Origin: Eledone cirrhosa
Lineage: Eukaryota
DNA: 64,000 nucleotides
Assembly (NCBI GenBank): GCA_964016885.1
Contig: OZ024757.1
Coordinates: 42,780,001 to 42,844,000, forward strand
Direction: 5' to 3'
The notes under the pieces: generated by a model
What the model saw: the letters and a program-made list of their open reading frames with translations, nothing else
Told to the model about the DNA's origin: nothing
Databases searched by the model: none
Program-made: the position numbers and the translations under genes
Part shown: piece by piece, positions 22,846 through 37,114 of the stretch
Layout: every line of letters begins with the position of its first letter
Position numbering within the stretch: the first letter of the stretch is position 1

Positions 22846-24922
22846 GCCGGACCGTAGTGCGCATGCGCCAAGGCCGCCGGACCGTAATGCGCATGCGCCA
22901 AGGCCGCCGGATCGTAGTGCGCATGCGCCAAGGCCGACTGACTGTACTGCGCATGTGTCATCGTCGCAGTACCGAACTGCGCATGCGGTAAGGCCGCCGG
23001 ACCGTACTGCGCATGCGCCAAGGCCGCCGGACCGTAGTGCGCAGGCGCCAAGGCCGCCGGACCGTAGTGCGCATGCACCAAGGCCGCCTGAGTGTACTGC
23101 GCATGCATCAAGGTCCCAGTACCGTACTGCGCAAAGGCCGCCGGACAGTAGTGCGCATGCGCCAGAGCCGCCGAACCGTAGTGCGCATGCGCCAAGGCCG
23201 CCCGACCGTAGTGCGCATGGGCCAAAGCCGCCCGACCGTACTGCGCATGCGCTAAGTCCGTAGTACCGTACTGCGCATGCTACAAGGCCGCAGTACCGTA
23301 CTGCGCATGCGACAAGGCCGCAGTACCGTAGTGCGCATGCGCCAAGGCCACCGGACCGTAGTGCGCATGAGCCAAGGCCGCCGGACCGTACTGCGCATGC
23401 GCCAAGCCCGCCGGACCGTAGTGCGCATGCGCCAGAGCCGCCGAACCGTGGTGCACATGCGCCAAGCCCGCCGGACCGTAGTGCGCATGCGCCAAGCCCG
23501 CCGGACCGTAGTGCGCATGCGCCAAGGCCGCCTGACTGTACTGCGCATGCGTCAAGGTCCCAGTACCGAACTGCTCATGCGCTAAGGCCACCGGACCGTA
23601 CTGCGCATGCGCCAAGGCCGCCGGACCTTAGTGCGCATGCGCCAGAGCCGCCGAACCGTGGTGTGCATGCGCCAAGGCCGCCGGACCATACTGCGCATGC
23701 GCCAAAGCCGCCTGACTGTACTACGCATGCGCCAAGGCCGCCTGACTGTACTGCGCATGCGACAAGGCCGCCGGACCGTTGTGCGCATGCGCCAAGGCCA
23801 CCTAAATGTACTGCGCATGGTCGCAGTACCGAACTGCGCATGCGCCAAGGCCGCCGGACCGTACTGCGAATGCGCCAAGGCCGCCGGACCGTAGTGCGCA
23901 TGCGCCAAAGCCGCCGGACCGTAGTGCGCATGCGCCAAGGCCGCCTGACTGTACTGCGCATGCGTCAAGGTCCCAGTACCGAACTGCGCATGCGCTAAGG
24001 CCACGGGACCGTACTGCGCATGCGCCAAGGCCGCCGGACCGTTGTGCGCATGCGCCAGAGCCGCCGAACCGTGGTGTGCATGCGCCAAGGCCACCGGACC
24101 ATACTGCGCATGCGCCAAAGCCGCCTGACTGTACTGCGCATGCGCCAAGGCCGCCTGACTGTACTGCGCATGCGACAAGGCCGCCGGACCGTAGTGCGCA
24201 TGCGCCCAAGCCGCCGGACCATACTGCGCATGCGCCAAGGCCGCCGGACCGTAGTGCGCATGCGTCAAGGCCGCAGTACCGAACTGCGCATGCGCTAAGG
24301 CCGCAGTACCGAACTGCGCATGCGCTAAGGCCGCAGTACCGAACTGCGCATGCGCCAAGGCCGCCGGACCGTACTGCGCATGCGCCAAGGACGCCGGACC
24401 GTAGTGCGCAGGCGCCAAAGACGCCGGACCGTAGTGCGCATGCGCCAAAGACGCCGAACAGTCGTGCCCATGCGCCAAGACCGCCGGACCGTACTGCGCA
24501 TGCGCCAAGGCCGCTGAACCGTACTGCGCATGCCCCAAAGCCGCCGACCCGTAGTGCGCATGCACCAAGGCCACCGGACCGTACTGCGCATGCTCTAAGA
24601 CCGTCGGACCGTAGTGCGCATGCCCCAAGGCCGTCGGACCGTAGTGCGCATGCGCCAATGCCGCCAGACCGTAGTGCGCATACGCCAAGGCCGCCGAACC
24701 GTACTGCGCATGCGCCAAGGCCGCCGAACCGTACTGCGCATGCGCCAAGGCCGCCGAACCGTACTGCGCATGCGCCAAGGCCGCCGAACCGTACTGCGCA
24801 TGCGCCAAAGCCGCTGGACCGTAGTGCGCATGCGCCAAGGCCACTGGACCGTACTGCGCATGTACCAAGGCCGCCGTCGTAGTGCGCATGCGCCAATGCC
24901 GCCGGACCTTTGTGCGCATGCG

Positions 24923-25827
24923 GTACGGTGGCCTTGGCGCATGCGCACTAAGGTCTAACGGCCTTGGCGCATGCGCACTACGGTTCGGCGGCTTTGACGC
25001 ACACGGACTACGTTCCGTCAGATTTGGCGCACGCACACTACGGTCCGGCGGTCTTGGCGCATGCGCACTACGGTCCGGCGACCACGCCGCATGCGCACTA
25101 CGTTCCGGTGGCCTTGGCACATGCGCAGTACCGTCCGGCGGCTTTTGCGCATGCGCACTACGGTCTGGCAGCCTTGGCGCATGCGCACTACGGTCCAGCG
25201 GCCTTGGCGCATGCGCACTACGTTCCGGTGGCCTTGGCGCATGCGCAGTACGGTCCAGTGGCCTTGGCGCATGCGTAGTAAGGTCCGGCGCCCTTAGCGC
25301 ATGCGCAGTACGGTCCGGCAGCCTTGGCGCATGCGCACTAAGGGCCAGCGGTCTTTGCGCATGCGCACAACGGTCCGGTGGCCTTGGCGCATGCGCACTA
25401 CGGTCCGGCGGCCTTGGCGCATGCGCACTAAGGTCCGGCGGCTTTGGTGCATGCGCACTACGGTCTGGCATCATTGGCGCATGCGCACTACGGTCCGGCG
25501 GCCTTGGCGCATGCGCAGTACGGCTGGCAACCTTGGCGTATGCGCACTACGGTCTGTCGGCCTTGGCGCATGCGCACTACTGTCCGGCGGCCTTGGCGTA
25601 TGCGCAGTACGGTCCAGCGGCCTTGGCGCATGCGCACTACGGTTCGGCGGCCTTGGCGCATGCGCACTACGGTTCGGCGGCCTTGGCGCATGCGTACAAC
25701 GGTCCGGCGGCCTTGGCGCATGCGCACTAAGGTCCGGCGGCCTTGGCGCATGCGCACTACGGTCCGACGTCCTTGGCGCATGCGCACTACGGTCCGACGT
25801 CCTTGGCGCATGTGCAGTACGGTCCGG
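24923..25827 (-). repeat. Long inverted arm (905 bp)
   Basis: Same junction as 3168, and shares private variants with 10982-11916 (TAACGGCCTT, ACCACGCCGC). Confidence 0.96.
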
Positions 25828-26428
25828 ATGACTTTTTGGCCATTTTAAGCCTTTATGTTGCCATATTTAGCCATTTTTGAGTCATTTTAGTAATTTATGA
25901 TGCAGTTTTTACCATTTTAGAGCCATTTATAGTCATTTTAGACGTTTCAGTCGTGTTAGAGTCATTCTAGTCAATTATGATACGGTTTTAGCATTTTAGT
26001 CGTTGATGATGACGTTTTAGTCATTTATGATGCAGTTTCAGCCATTCTGTTGTAATATGGCAACATAAATGATTAAATGGCCCTAAAATGGCTAAAACAG
26101 CATCATATTTGACAAAAATGACTCGTAAATGAGTAAAACGGTATCGTAAATGACTAAAATAACTCTAGAAAGGCTACTACAACATCATAAATGATTAAAA
26201 TGACTCTAAAACGACTAAAACGTCTAAAATGACAAAAATGGCTTTAATATAGCTTAAACTGCATCTTAAATGACTAAAACTACTAAGATGACTCCGAAAT
26301 GGCTAAAAAAAACATCATAAATGGCTAAAATGACACTAAAGTGGCTAAAACGGACTGTTAAATTGCTAAATTGTCTCTAAAATGGCTAAAACGTCTTCAT
26401 AAATAAATAAAATGGCTAAAACGTGGGT
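25828..26428. repeat. AT-rich island 6, type B (601 bp)
   Basis: Carries the type B diagnostic variants. Confidence 0.97.
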
Positions 26429-28805
26429 GCCGGACCGTAGTGCGCATGCGCCAAGGCCGCCGGACCGTAATGCGCATGCGCCAAGGCCGCCGGACCGTAG
26501 TGCGCATGCGCCAAGACCGACTGACTGTACTGCGCATGTGTCATCGTCGCAGTACCGCACTGCGCATGCGGTAAGGCCGCCGGACCGTACTGCGCATGCG
26601 CCAAGGCCGCCGGACCGTAGTGCGCAGGCGCCAAGGCCGCCGGACCGTAGTGCGCATGCACCAAGGCCGCCTGAGTGTACTGCGCATGCATCAAGGTCCC
26701 AGTACCGCACTGCGCATGCGCAAAGGCCGCCGGACAGTAGTGCGCATGCGCCAGAGCCGCCGAACCGTAGTGCGCATGCGCCAAGGCCGCCGGACCGTAG
26801 TGCGCATGGGCCAAAGCCGCCCGACCGTACTGCGCATGCGCTAAGTCCGTAGTACCGTACTGCGCATGCTACAAGGCCGCAGTACCGTACTGCGCATGCG
26901 ACAAGGCCGCAGTACCGTAGTGCGCATGCGCCAAGGCCACCGGACCGTAGTGCGCATGAGCCAAGGCCGCCGGACCGTACTGCGCATGCGCCAAGCCCGC
27001 CGGACCGTAGTGCGCATGCGCCAGAGCCGCCGAACCGTGGTGCACATGCGCCAAGCCCGCCGGACCGTAGTGCGCATGCGCCAAGGCCGCCGGACCATAC
27101 ACCGCATGCGCCAAGGCCGCCGGACCATACTCCGCATGCGCCAAGGCCGCCGGACCGTTGTGCGCATGCGCCAAGGCCGCCTGACGACTGCGCATGCGTC
27201 AAGGTCGCAATACCGAACTGCGCATGCGCTAAGGCCGGCGGACCGTAGTGCGCATTCGCCAAGGCCGCCGGACCGTAGTGCGCATTCGCCAAGGCCGCCG
27301 GACCGTAGTGCGCATGCGCCAAGGCCGCCGGACCGTAGTGCGCATGCGCCAAGGCCGCCTAACTGTACTGCGCATGCGTCAAGGTCGCAGTACCGAACTG
27401 CGCATGCGCTAAGGCCGCCGGACCGTACTGCGCATGCGCCAAGGCCGCCGGACCGTAGTGCGCATGCGCCAAGGCCGCCGAACCGTAGTGCGCATGCGCC
27501 AAGGTCGCCGGACCTGACTGCGCATGCGCCGCGGCCGCCGGACCGTACTGCGCATGCCCCAAGGCCGCCTGGTTGTACTGCGCATGCCCCAAGGCTGCCT
27601 GGTTGTACTGCTAATGCCCCAAGGCCGCCCGACCGTAGTGCGAATGCGCCAAGGCCGCCTGACCGTAGTGCGCATGCGCCAAGGCCGCCGGAGCGTAGTG
27701 CGCATGCGTCAAGGTCGCAGTACCGAACTGCGCATGCGCTAAGGCCGCCGGACCGAACTGCGTATGGGCTAAGGCCGCCGGACCGTACTGCGCATGCGCC
27801 AAAGCCGCCGGACCGTAGTGCGCATGCGTCAAGGTCGCAGTACCGAACTGCGCATGCGCTAAGGCCGCCGGACCGTACTGCGCATGCGCCAAGGCCGCCG
27901 GACCGTACTGCGCATACCCCAAGGCCGCCTGGTTGTACTGCGCATGCCCCAAGGCCGCCCGACCGTAGTGCGCATGCGCCAAAGCCGCCGAACCGTAGTG
28001 CTCATGCGCCAAGGCCGCCTAACTGTACTGCGCATGCGTCAAGGTCGCAGTACCGAACTGCGCATGCGCCAAGGCCGCCGGACCGTACTGCGAATGCGCC
28101 AAGGCCGCCGGACCGTAGTGCGCATGCGCCAAAGCCGCCGAACCGTAGTGCGCATGCGCCAAGGCCGCCGGACCATACTGCGCACGCATGCGCCGCGGCC
28201 GCAGGACCGTAGTGCGCATGCGCCAAGGCCGCCTGGTTGTACTGCGCATGCGCCAAGGCCGCCGGACCGTAGTGCGCATGCGCCAAGGCCGCCTGACTGT
28301 ACTGCGCATGCGTCAAGGCCGCAGTACCGAACTGCGTATGGGCTAAGGCCGCCGGACCGTACTGCGCATGCGCCAAGGCCGCCGGACCGTAGTGCGCATG
28401 CGCCAAGGCCGCCGGACCATACTGCGCATGCGCCAAGGCCGCCGGACCGTAGTGCGCATGCGCCAAGGCCGCCTAACTGTACTGCGCATGCGTCAAGGTC
28501 GCAGTACCGTACTGCGCATGCGCCAAGGCCGCCGAACCGTACTGCGCATGCGCCAAGGCCGCCGAACCGTACTGCGCATGCGCCAAGGCCGCCGAACCGT
28601 ACTGCGCATGCGCCAAAGCCGCCGAACCGTAGTGCGCATGCGCCAAAGCCGCTGGACCGTAGTGCGCATGCGCCAAGGCCACTGGACCGTACTGCGCGTG
28701 CTCTAAGACCGTCGGACCGCAGTGCGCATGCCCCAAGGCCGTCGGACCGTAGTGCGCATGCGCCAAGGCCGCCAGACCGTAGTGCGCATGCGCCAAGGCC
28801 GCCGA

Positions 28806-30283
28806 ACCGTAGTGCGCATGCGCCAAGGCTGCCAGACCGTAGTGCGCATGCGCAAAAGCCGCCGGACCGTACTGCGCATGTGCCAAGGCCACCGGAACGT
28901 AGTGCGCATGCGGCATGGTCGCCGGACCGTAGTGCGCATGCGCCAAGACCGCCGGACCGTAGTGTGCGTGCGCCAAATCTGACGGAACGTAGTCCGTGTG
29001 CGTCAAAGCCGCCGAACCGTAGTGCGCATGCGCCAATGCCGTTAGACCTTAGTGCGCATGCGCCAAGGCCACCGTACCGCATGCGCACAAAGGTCCGGCG
29101 GCATTGGCGCATGCGCACTACGACGGCGGCCTTGGTACATGCGCAGTACGGTCCAGTGGCCTTGGCGCATGCGCACTACGGTCCAGCGGCTTTGGCGCAT
29201 GCGCAGTACGGTTCGGCGGCCTTGGCGCATGCGCAGTACGGTTCGGCGGCCTTGGCGCATGCGCAGTACGGTTCGGCGGCCTTGGCGCATGCGCAGTACG
29301 GTTCGGCGGCCTTGGCGTATGCGCACTACGGTCTGGCGGCCTTGGCGCATGCGCACTACGGTCCGACGGCCTTGGGGCATGCGCACTACGGTCCGACGGT
29401 CTTAGAGCATGCGCAGTACGGTCCGGTGGCCTTGGTGCATGCGCACTACGGGTCGGCGGCTTTGGGGCATGCGCAGTACGGTTCAGCGGCCTTGGCGCAT
29501 GCGCAGTACGGTCCGGCGGTCTTGGCGCATGGGCACGACTGTTCGGCGTCTTTGGCGCATGCGCCAAGACCGCCGGACCGTACTGCGCATGCGCCAAGGC
29601 CGCTGAACCGTACTGCGCATGCCCCAAAGCCGCCGACCCGTAGTGCGCATGCACCAAGGCCACCGGACCGTACTGCGCATGCTCTAAGACCGTCGGACCG
29701 TAGTGCGCATGCCCCAAGGCCGTCGGACCGTAGTGCGCATGCGCCAAGGCCGCCAGACCGTAGTGCGCATACGCCAAGGCCGCCGAACCGTACTGCGCAT
29801 GCGCCAAGGCCGCCGAACCGTACTGCGCATGCGCCAAGGCCGCCGAACCGTACTGCGCATGCGCCAAGGCCGCCGAACCGTACTGCGCATGCGCCAAAGC
29901 CGCTGGACCGTAGTGCGCATGCGCCAAGGCCACTGGACCGTACTGCGCATGTACCAAGGCCGCCGTCGTAGTGCGCATGCGCCAATGCCGCCGGACCTTT
30001 GTGCGCATGCGGTACGGTGGCCTTGGCGCATGCGCACTAAGGTCTAACGGCATTGGCGCATGCGCACTACGGTTCGGCGGCTTTGACGCACACGGACTAC
30101 GTTCCGTCAGATTTGGCGCACGCACACTACGGTCCGGCGGTCTTGGCGCATGCGCACTACGGTCCGGCGACCATGCCGCATGCGCACTACGTTCCGGTGG
30201 CCTTGGCACATGCGCAGTACGGTCCGGCGGCTTTTGCGCATGCGCACTACGGTCTGGCAGCCTTGGCGCATGCGCACTACGGT
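28806..30283. repeat. Near-perfect 1,478-bp palindrome (726-bp arms, 26-bp loop at 29532-29557)
   Basis: Mirror-image ORF pairs have coordinates summing to 59,089 (29042..29386- with 29703..30047+, and 29052..29405+ with 29684..30037-). Rare variants such as TCAGATTT/AAATCTGA appear on opposite strands. Confidence 0.93.
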
Positions 30284-30976
30284 CCAGCGGCCTTGGCGCA
30301 TGCGCACTACGTTCCGGTGGCCTTGGCGCATGCGCAGTACGGTCCAGTGGCCTTGGCGCATGCGTAGTACGGTCCGGCGCCCTTAGCGCATGCGCAGTAC
30401 GGTCCGGCAGCCTTGGCGCATGCGCACTAAGGGCCAGCGGTCTTTGCGCATGCGCACAACGGTCCGGTGGCCTTGGCGCATGCGCACTACGGTCCGGCGG
30501 CCTTGGCGCATGCGCACTAAGGTCCGGCGGCCTTGGCGCATGCGCACTAAGGTCCGGCGGCTTTGGTGCATGCGCACTACGGTCTGGCATCATTGGCGCA
30601 TGCGCACTACGGTCCGGCGGCCTTGGCGCATGCGCAGTACGGCTGGCAACCTTGGCGTATGCGCACTACGGTCTGTCGGCCTTGGCGCATGCGCACTACT
30701 GTCCGGCGGCCTTGGCGTATGCGCAGTACGGTCCAGCGGCCTTGGCGCATGCGCACTACGGTTCGGCGGCCTTGGCGCATGCGCACTACGGTTCGGCGGC
30801 CTTGGCGCATGCGTACAACGGTCCGGCGGCCTTGGCGCATGCGCACTACGGTCTGGCAGCATTGGCGCAGGCGCACTAAGGTCCGGCGGCCTTGGCGCAT
30901 GCGCACTACGGTCCGACGTCCTTGGCGCATGCGCACTACGGTCCGACGTCCTTGGCGCATGTGCAGTACGGTCCGG
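30012..30976 (-). repeat. Long inverted arm (965 bp)
   Basis: Same junction as 3168. Confidence 0.96.
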
Positions 30977-31578
30977 ATGACTTTTTGGCCATTTTAAGCC
31001 TTTATGTTGCCATATTTAGCCATTTTTGAGTCATTTTAGTAATTTATGATGCAGTTTTTACCATTTTAGAGCCATTTATAGTCATTTTAGACGTTTCAGT
31101 CGTGTTAGAGTAATTCTAGTCAATTATGATACGGTTTTAGCATTTTAGTCGTTGATGATGACGTTTTAGTCATTTATGATGCAGTTTCAGCCATTCTGTT
31201 GTAATATGGCAACATAAATGATTAAATGGCCCTAAAATGGCTAAAACAGCATCATATTTGACAAAAATGACTCGTAAATGAGTAAAACGGTATCGTAAAT
31301 GACTAAAATAACTCTAGAAAGGCTACTACAGCATCATAAATGATTAAAATGACTCTAAAACGACTAAAACGTCTAAAATGACAAAAATGGCTTTAATATA
31401 GCTTAAACTGCATCTTAAATGACTAAAACTACTAAAATGACTCCGAAATGGCTAAAAAAAAAAATCATAAATGGCTAAAATGACACTAATGTGGCTAAAA
31501 CGGACTGTTAAATTGCTAAATTGTCTCAAAAATGGCTAAAACGTCTTCATAAATAAATAAAATGGCTAAAACGTGGGT
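30977..31578. repeat. AT-rich island 7, type C (602 bp)
   Basis: Type C, sharing ACACTAATGTGG with island 1. Confidence 0.97.
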
Positions 31579-32660
31579 GCCGGACCGTAGTGCGCATGCG
31601 CCAAGGCCGCCGGACCGTAATGCGCATGCGCCAAGGCCGCCGGACCGTAGTGCGCATGCGCCAAGACCGACTGACTGTACTGCGCATGTGTCATCGTCGC
31701 AGTACCGCACTGCGCATGCGGTAAGGCCGCCGGACCGTACTGCGCATGCGCCAAGGCCGCCGGACCGTAGTGCGCAGGCGCCAAGGCCGCCGGACCGTAG
31801 TGCGCATGCACCAAGGCCGCCTGAGTGTACTGCGCATGCATCAAGGTCCCAGTACCGTACTGCGCATGCGCAAAGGCCGCCGGACAGTAGTGCGCATGCG
31901 CCAGAGCCGCCGAACCGTAGTGCGCATGCGCCAAGGCCGTCGGACCGTAGTGCGCATGGGCCAAAGCCGCCCGACCGTACTGCGCATGCGCTAAGTCCGT
32001 AGTACCGTACTGCGCATGCGCCAAGGCCACCTAAATGTACTGCGCATGCGCCAAGGCCGCCTGACTGTACTGCGCATGCGCCAAGGCCACCGGACCGTAG
32101 TGCGCATGAGCCAAGGCCGCCGGACCGTACTGCGCATGCGCCAAGCCCGCCGGACCGTAGTGCGCATGCGCCAAGGCCGCCTGACTGTACTGCGCATGCG
32201 CCAAGGCCGCCTGACTGTACTGCGCATGCGTCAAGGTCCCAGTACCGAACTGCGCATGCGCCAAGGCCGCCGGACCGTAGTGCGCATGCGCCAAGGCCGC
32301 CGGACCGTAGTGCGCATGCGCCAGAGCCGCCGAACCCTGGTGTGCATGCGCCAAGGCCGCCGGACCATACTGCACATGCGCCAAAGCCACCTGACTGTAC
32401 TGCGCATGTGCCAAGGCCGCCTGACTGTACTGCGCATGCGACAAGGCCGCCAGACCGTAGTGCGCATGCGCCAAGGCCACCTAACTGTACTGCGCATGCG
32501 TCAAGGTCGCAGTACCGAACTGCGCATGCGCCAAGGCCGCCGGACCGTACTGCGCATGCGCCAAGGCCGCCGGACCGTAGTGCGCATGCGCCAAAGCCGC
32601 CGAACCGTAGTGCGCATGCGCCAAGGCCGCCGGACCATACTGCGCACGCATGCGCGCGGC

Positions 32661-35439
32661 CGCAGGACCGTAGTGCGCATGCGCCAAGGCCGCCTGGTTG
32701 TACTGCGCATGCGCCAAGGCCGCCGGACCGTAGTGCGCATGCGCCAAGGCCGCCTGACTGTACTGCGCATGCGTCAAGGCCGCAGTACCGAACTGCGTAT
32801 GGGCTAAGGCCGCCGGACCGTACTGCGCATGCGCCAAGGCCGCCGGACCGTAGTGCGCATGCGCCAAGGCCGCCGGACCGTAGTGCGCCTGCGCCAAGGC
32901 CGCCTAACTGTACTGCGCATGCGTTAAATCGCAGTACCGAACTGCGCATGCGCCAAGGCCGCCGGACCGTACTGCGAATGCGCCAAGGCCGCCGGACCGT
33001 AGTGCGCATGCGCCAAAGCCGCCGAACCGTAGTGCGCATGCGCCAAGGCCGCCGGACCATACTGCGCACGCATGCGCCGCGGCCGCAGGACCGTAGTGCG
33101 CATGCGCCAAGGCCGCCTGGTTGTACTGCGCATGCGCCAAGGCCGCCGGACCGTAGTGCGCATGCGCCAAGGCCGCCTGACTGTACTGCGCATGCGTCAA
33201 GGCCGCAGTACCGAACTGCGTATGGGCTAAGGCCGCCGGACCGTACTGCGCATGCGCCAAGGCCGCCGGACCGTAGTGCGCATGCGCCAAGGCCGCCGGA
33301 CCATACTGCGCATGCGCCAAGGCCGCCAGACCGTAGTGCGCATGCGCCAAGGCCGCCTAACTGTACTGCGCATGCGCACTACGGTCCGGCGGCCTTGGCG
33401 CATGCGCTAAGGCCGCCGGACCGTACTGCGCATGCGCCAATGCCGCCGGACCGTAGTGCGCATGCGCCAAAGCCGCCGGACCGTAGTGCGCATGCGCCAA
33501 GGCCGCCTGGTTGTACTGCGCATGCGCCAAGGCCGCCGGATCGTAGTGCGCATGCGCCAAGGCCGCCTGACTGCACTGCGCATGCGTCAAGGCCGCAGTA
33601 CCGAACTGCGTATGGGCTAAGGCCGCCGGACCGTACTGCGCATGCGCCAAGGCCGCCGGACCGTAGTGCGCATGCGTCAAGGTCGCAGTACCGAACTGCG
33701 CATGCGCTAAGGCCGCCGGACCGTACTGCGCATGCGCCAAGGCCGCCGGACCGTAGTGCGCATGTGCCAAAGCCGCCGAACCGTAGTGCGCATGCGCCAA
33801 GGCCGCCTAACTGTACTGCGCATGCGTCAAGGTCGCAGTACCGAACTGCGCATGCGCCAAGGCCGCCGGACCGTACTGCGAATGCGCCAAAGCCGCCGAA
33901 CCGTAGTGCGCATGCGCCAAGGCCGCCGGACCATACTGCGCACGCATGCCGCGGTCGCAGGACCGTAGTGCGCATGCGCCAAGGCCGCCTGGTTGTACTG
34001 CGCATGCGCCAAGGCCGCCGGACCGTAGTGCGCATGCGCCAAGGCCGCCTGACTGTACTGCGCATGCGTCAAGGCCGCAGTACCGAACTGCGTATGGGCT
34101 AAGGCCGCCGGACCGTACTGCGCATGCGCCAAGGCCGCCGGACCGTAGTGCGCATGCGCCAAGGCCGCCGGACCGTAGTGCGCCTGCGCCAAGGCCGCCT
34201 AACTGTACTGCGCATGCGTTAAATCGCAGTACCGAACTGCGCATGCGCCAAGGCCGCCGGACCGTACTGCGAATGCGCCAAGGCCGCCGGACCGTAGTGC
34301 GCATGCGCCAAAGCCGCCGAACCGTAGTGCGCATGCGCCAAGGCCGCCGGACCATACTGCGCACGCATGCGCCGCGGCCGCAGGACCGTAGTGCGCATGC
34401 GCCAAGGCCGCCTGGTTGTACTGCGCATGCGCCAAGGCCGCCGGACCGTAGTGCGCATGCGCCAAGGCCGCCTGACTGTACTGCGCATGCGTCAAGGCCG
34501 CAGTACCGAACTGCGTATGGGCTAAGGCCGCCGGACCGTACTGCGCATGCGCCAAGGCCGCCGGACCGTAGTGCGCATGCGCCAAGGCCGCCGGACCATA
34601 CTGCGCATGCGCCAAGGCCGCCAGACCGTAGTGCGCATGCGCCAAGGCCGCCTAACTGTACTGCGCATGCGCACTACGGTCCGGCGGCCTTGGCGCATGC
34701 GCTAAGGCCGCCGGACCGTACTGCGCATGCGCCAATGCCGCCGGACCGTAGTGCGCATGCGCCAAAGCCGCCGGACCGTAGTGCGCATGCGCCAAGGCCG
34801 CCTGGTTGTACTGCGCATGCGCCAAGGCCGCCGGATCGTAGTGCGCATGCGCCAAGGCCGCCTGACTGCACTGCGCATGCGTCAAGGCCGCAGTACCGAA
34901 CTGCGTATGGGCTAAGGCCGCCGGACCGTACTGCGCATGCGCCAAGGCCGCCGGACCGTAGTGCGCATGCGTCAAGGTCGCAGTACCGAACTGCGCATGC
35001 GCTAAGGCCGCCGGACCGTACTGCGCATGCGCCAAGGCCGCCGGACCGTAGTGCGCATGTGCCAAAGCCGCCGAACCGTAGTGCGCATGCGCCAAGGCCG
35101 CCTAACTGTACTGCGCATGCGTCAAGGTCGCAGTACCGAACTGCGCATGCGCCAAGGCCGCCGGACCGTACTGCGAATGCGCCAAAGCCGCCGAACCGTA
35201 GTGCGCATGCGCCAAGGCCGCCGGACCATACTGCGCACGCATGCCGCGGTCGCAGGACCGTAGTGCGCATGCGCCAAGGCCGCCTGGTTGTACTGCGCAT
35301 GCGCCAAGGCCGCCGGACCGTAGTGCGCATGCGCCAAGGCCGCCTGACTGTACTGCGCATGCGTCAAGGCCGCAGTACCGAACTGCGTATGGGCTAAGGC
35401 CGCCGGACCGTACTGCGCATGCGCCAAGGCCGCCGGACC
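32661..35439 (+). repeat. 1,295-bp tandem duplication inside a type C macro-unit (copied again at 46371-49149)
   Basis: ORFs recur at +1,295 (32904/34199, 33357/34652, 46614/47909). The GTTAAATCGC marker and the inverted monomer are both doubled. Confidence 0.92.
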
Positions 35440-36159
35440 ATACTGCGCATGCGCCAAGGCCGCCGGACCGTAGTGCGCATGCGCCAAGGCCGCCTAACTG
35501 TACTGCGCATGCGTCAAGGTCGCAGTACCGAACTGCGCATGCGCTAAGGCCGCCGGACCGTACTGCGCATGCGCCAAGGCCGCGGGACCGTAGTGCGCAT
35601 GCGCCAAAGCCGCCGGACCGTAGTGCGCATGCGCCAAGGCCGCCGGATCGTAGTGCGCATGCGCCAAGGCCGCCTGACTGTACTGCGCATGCGTCAAGGC
35701 CGCAGTACCGAACTGCGTATGGGCTAAGGCCGCCGGAACGTACTGCGCATGCGCCAAGACCGCCGGACCGTAGTGCGCATGCGTCAAGGTCGCAGTACCG
35801 AACTGCGCTTGCGCTAAGGCCGCCGGACCGTACTGCGCATGCGCCAAGGCCGCCGGACCGTAGTGCTCATGCGCCAAAGCCGCCGAACCGTAGTGCGCAT
35901 GCGCCAAGGCCGCCGGACCAGACTGCGCATGCGCCAAGGCCGCCGGACCGTAGTGCGCATGCGCCAAGGCCGCCGGACCGTAGTGCGCATGCGCCAAGGC
36001 CGCCTGACCGTAGTGCGCATGCGTCAAGGCCGCAGTACCGAACTGCGTATGGGCTAAGGCCGCCGGACCGTACTGCGCATGCGCCAAGGCCGCCGGACCG
36101 TACTGCGCATGCGCCAAGGCCGCCGGACCATACTGCGCATGCGCCAAGGCCGCCGTACA

Positions 36160-36535
36160 GCGCACTACGGTCTGGCATCATTGGCGCATGCGCACTACGG
36201 CCCGGCGGCCTTGGCGCATGCGCAGTACGGCCCGGCAACCTTGGCGTATGCGCACTACGGTCTGTCGGCCTTGGCGCATGCGCACTACTGTCCGGCGGCC
36301 TTGGCGCATGCGCAGTACGGTCCAGCGGCCTTGACGCATGCGCACTACGGTTCGGCGGCCTTGGCGCATGCGTACAACGGTCCGGCGGCCTTGGCGCATG
36401 CGCACTACGGTCTGGCAGCATTGGCGCATGCGCACTACGGTCCGCCGTCCTTGGCGCATGCGCACTACGGTCCGCCGTCCTTGGCGCATGCGCACTACGG
36501 TCCGACGTCCTTGGCGCATGTGCAGTACGGTCCGG
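36160..36535 (-). repeat. Short inverted arm (376 bp)
   Basis: Same junction as 7891. Confidence 0.96.
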
Positions 36536-37114
36536 ATGACTTTTTAGCCATTTTAAGCCTTTATGTTGCCATATTTAGCCATTTTTGAGTCATTTTAGTA
36601 ATTTATGATGCAGTTTTTACCATTTTAGAGCCATTTATAGTCATTTTAGACGTTTCAGTCGTGTTAGAGTCATTCTAGTCAATTATGATACGGTTTTAGC
36701 ATTTTAGTCGTTGATGATGACGTTTTAGTCATTTATGATGCAGATTCAGCCATTCTGTTGTAATATGGCAACATAAATGATTAAATGGCCCTAAAATGGC
36801 TAAAACAGCATCATATTTGACAAAAGTGACTCGTAAATGAGTAAAACGGTATCATAAATGACTAAAATAACTCTAGAAAGGCTACTACAGCATCATAAAT
36901 GATTAAAATGACTCTAAAACGACTAAAACGTCTAAAATGACAAAAATGGCTTTAATATAGCTTAAACTGCATCTTAAATGACTAAAACTACTAAAATGAC
37001 TCCGAAATGGCTAAAATGACACTAAAGTGGCTAAAACGGACTGTTAAATTGCTAAATTGTCTCTAAAATGGCTAAAACGTCTTCATAAATAAATAAAATG
37101 GCTAAAACGTGGGT
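36536..37114. repeat. AT-rich island 8, type A (579 bp)
   Basis: Carries the type A diagnostic variants. Confidence 0.97.
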
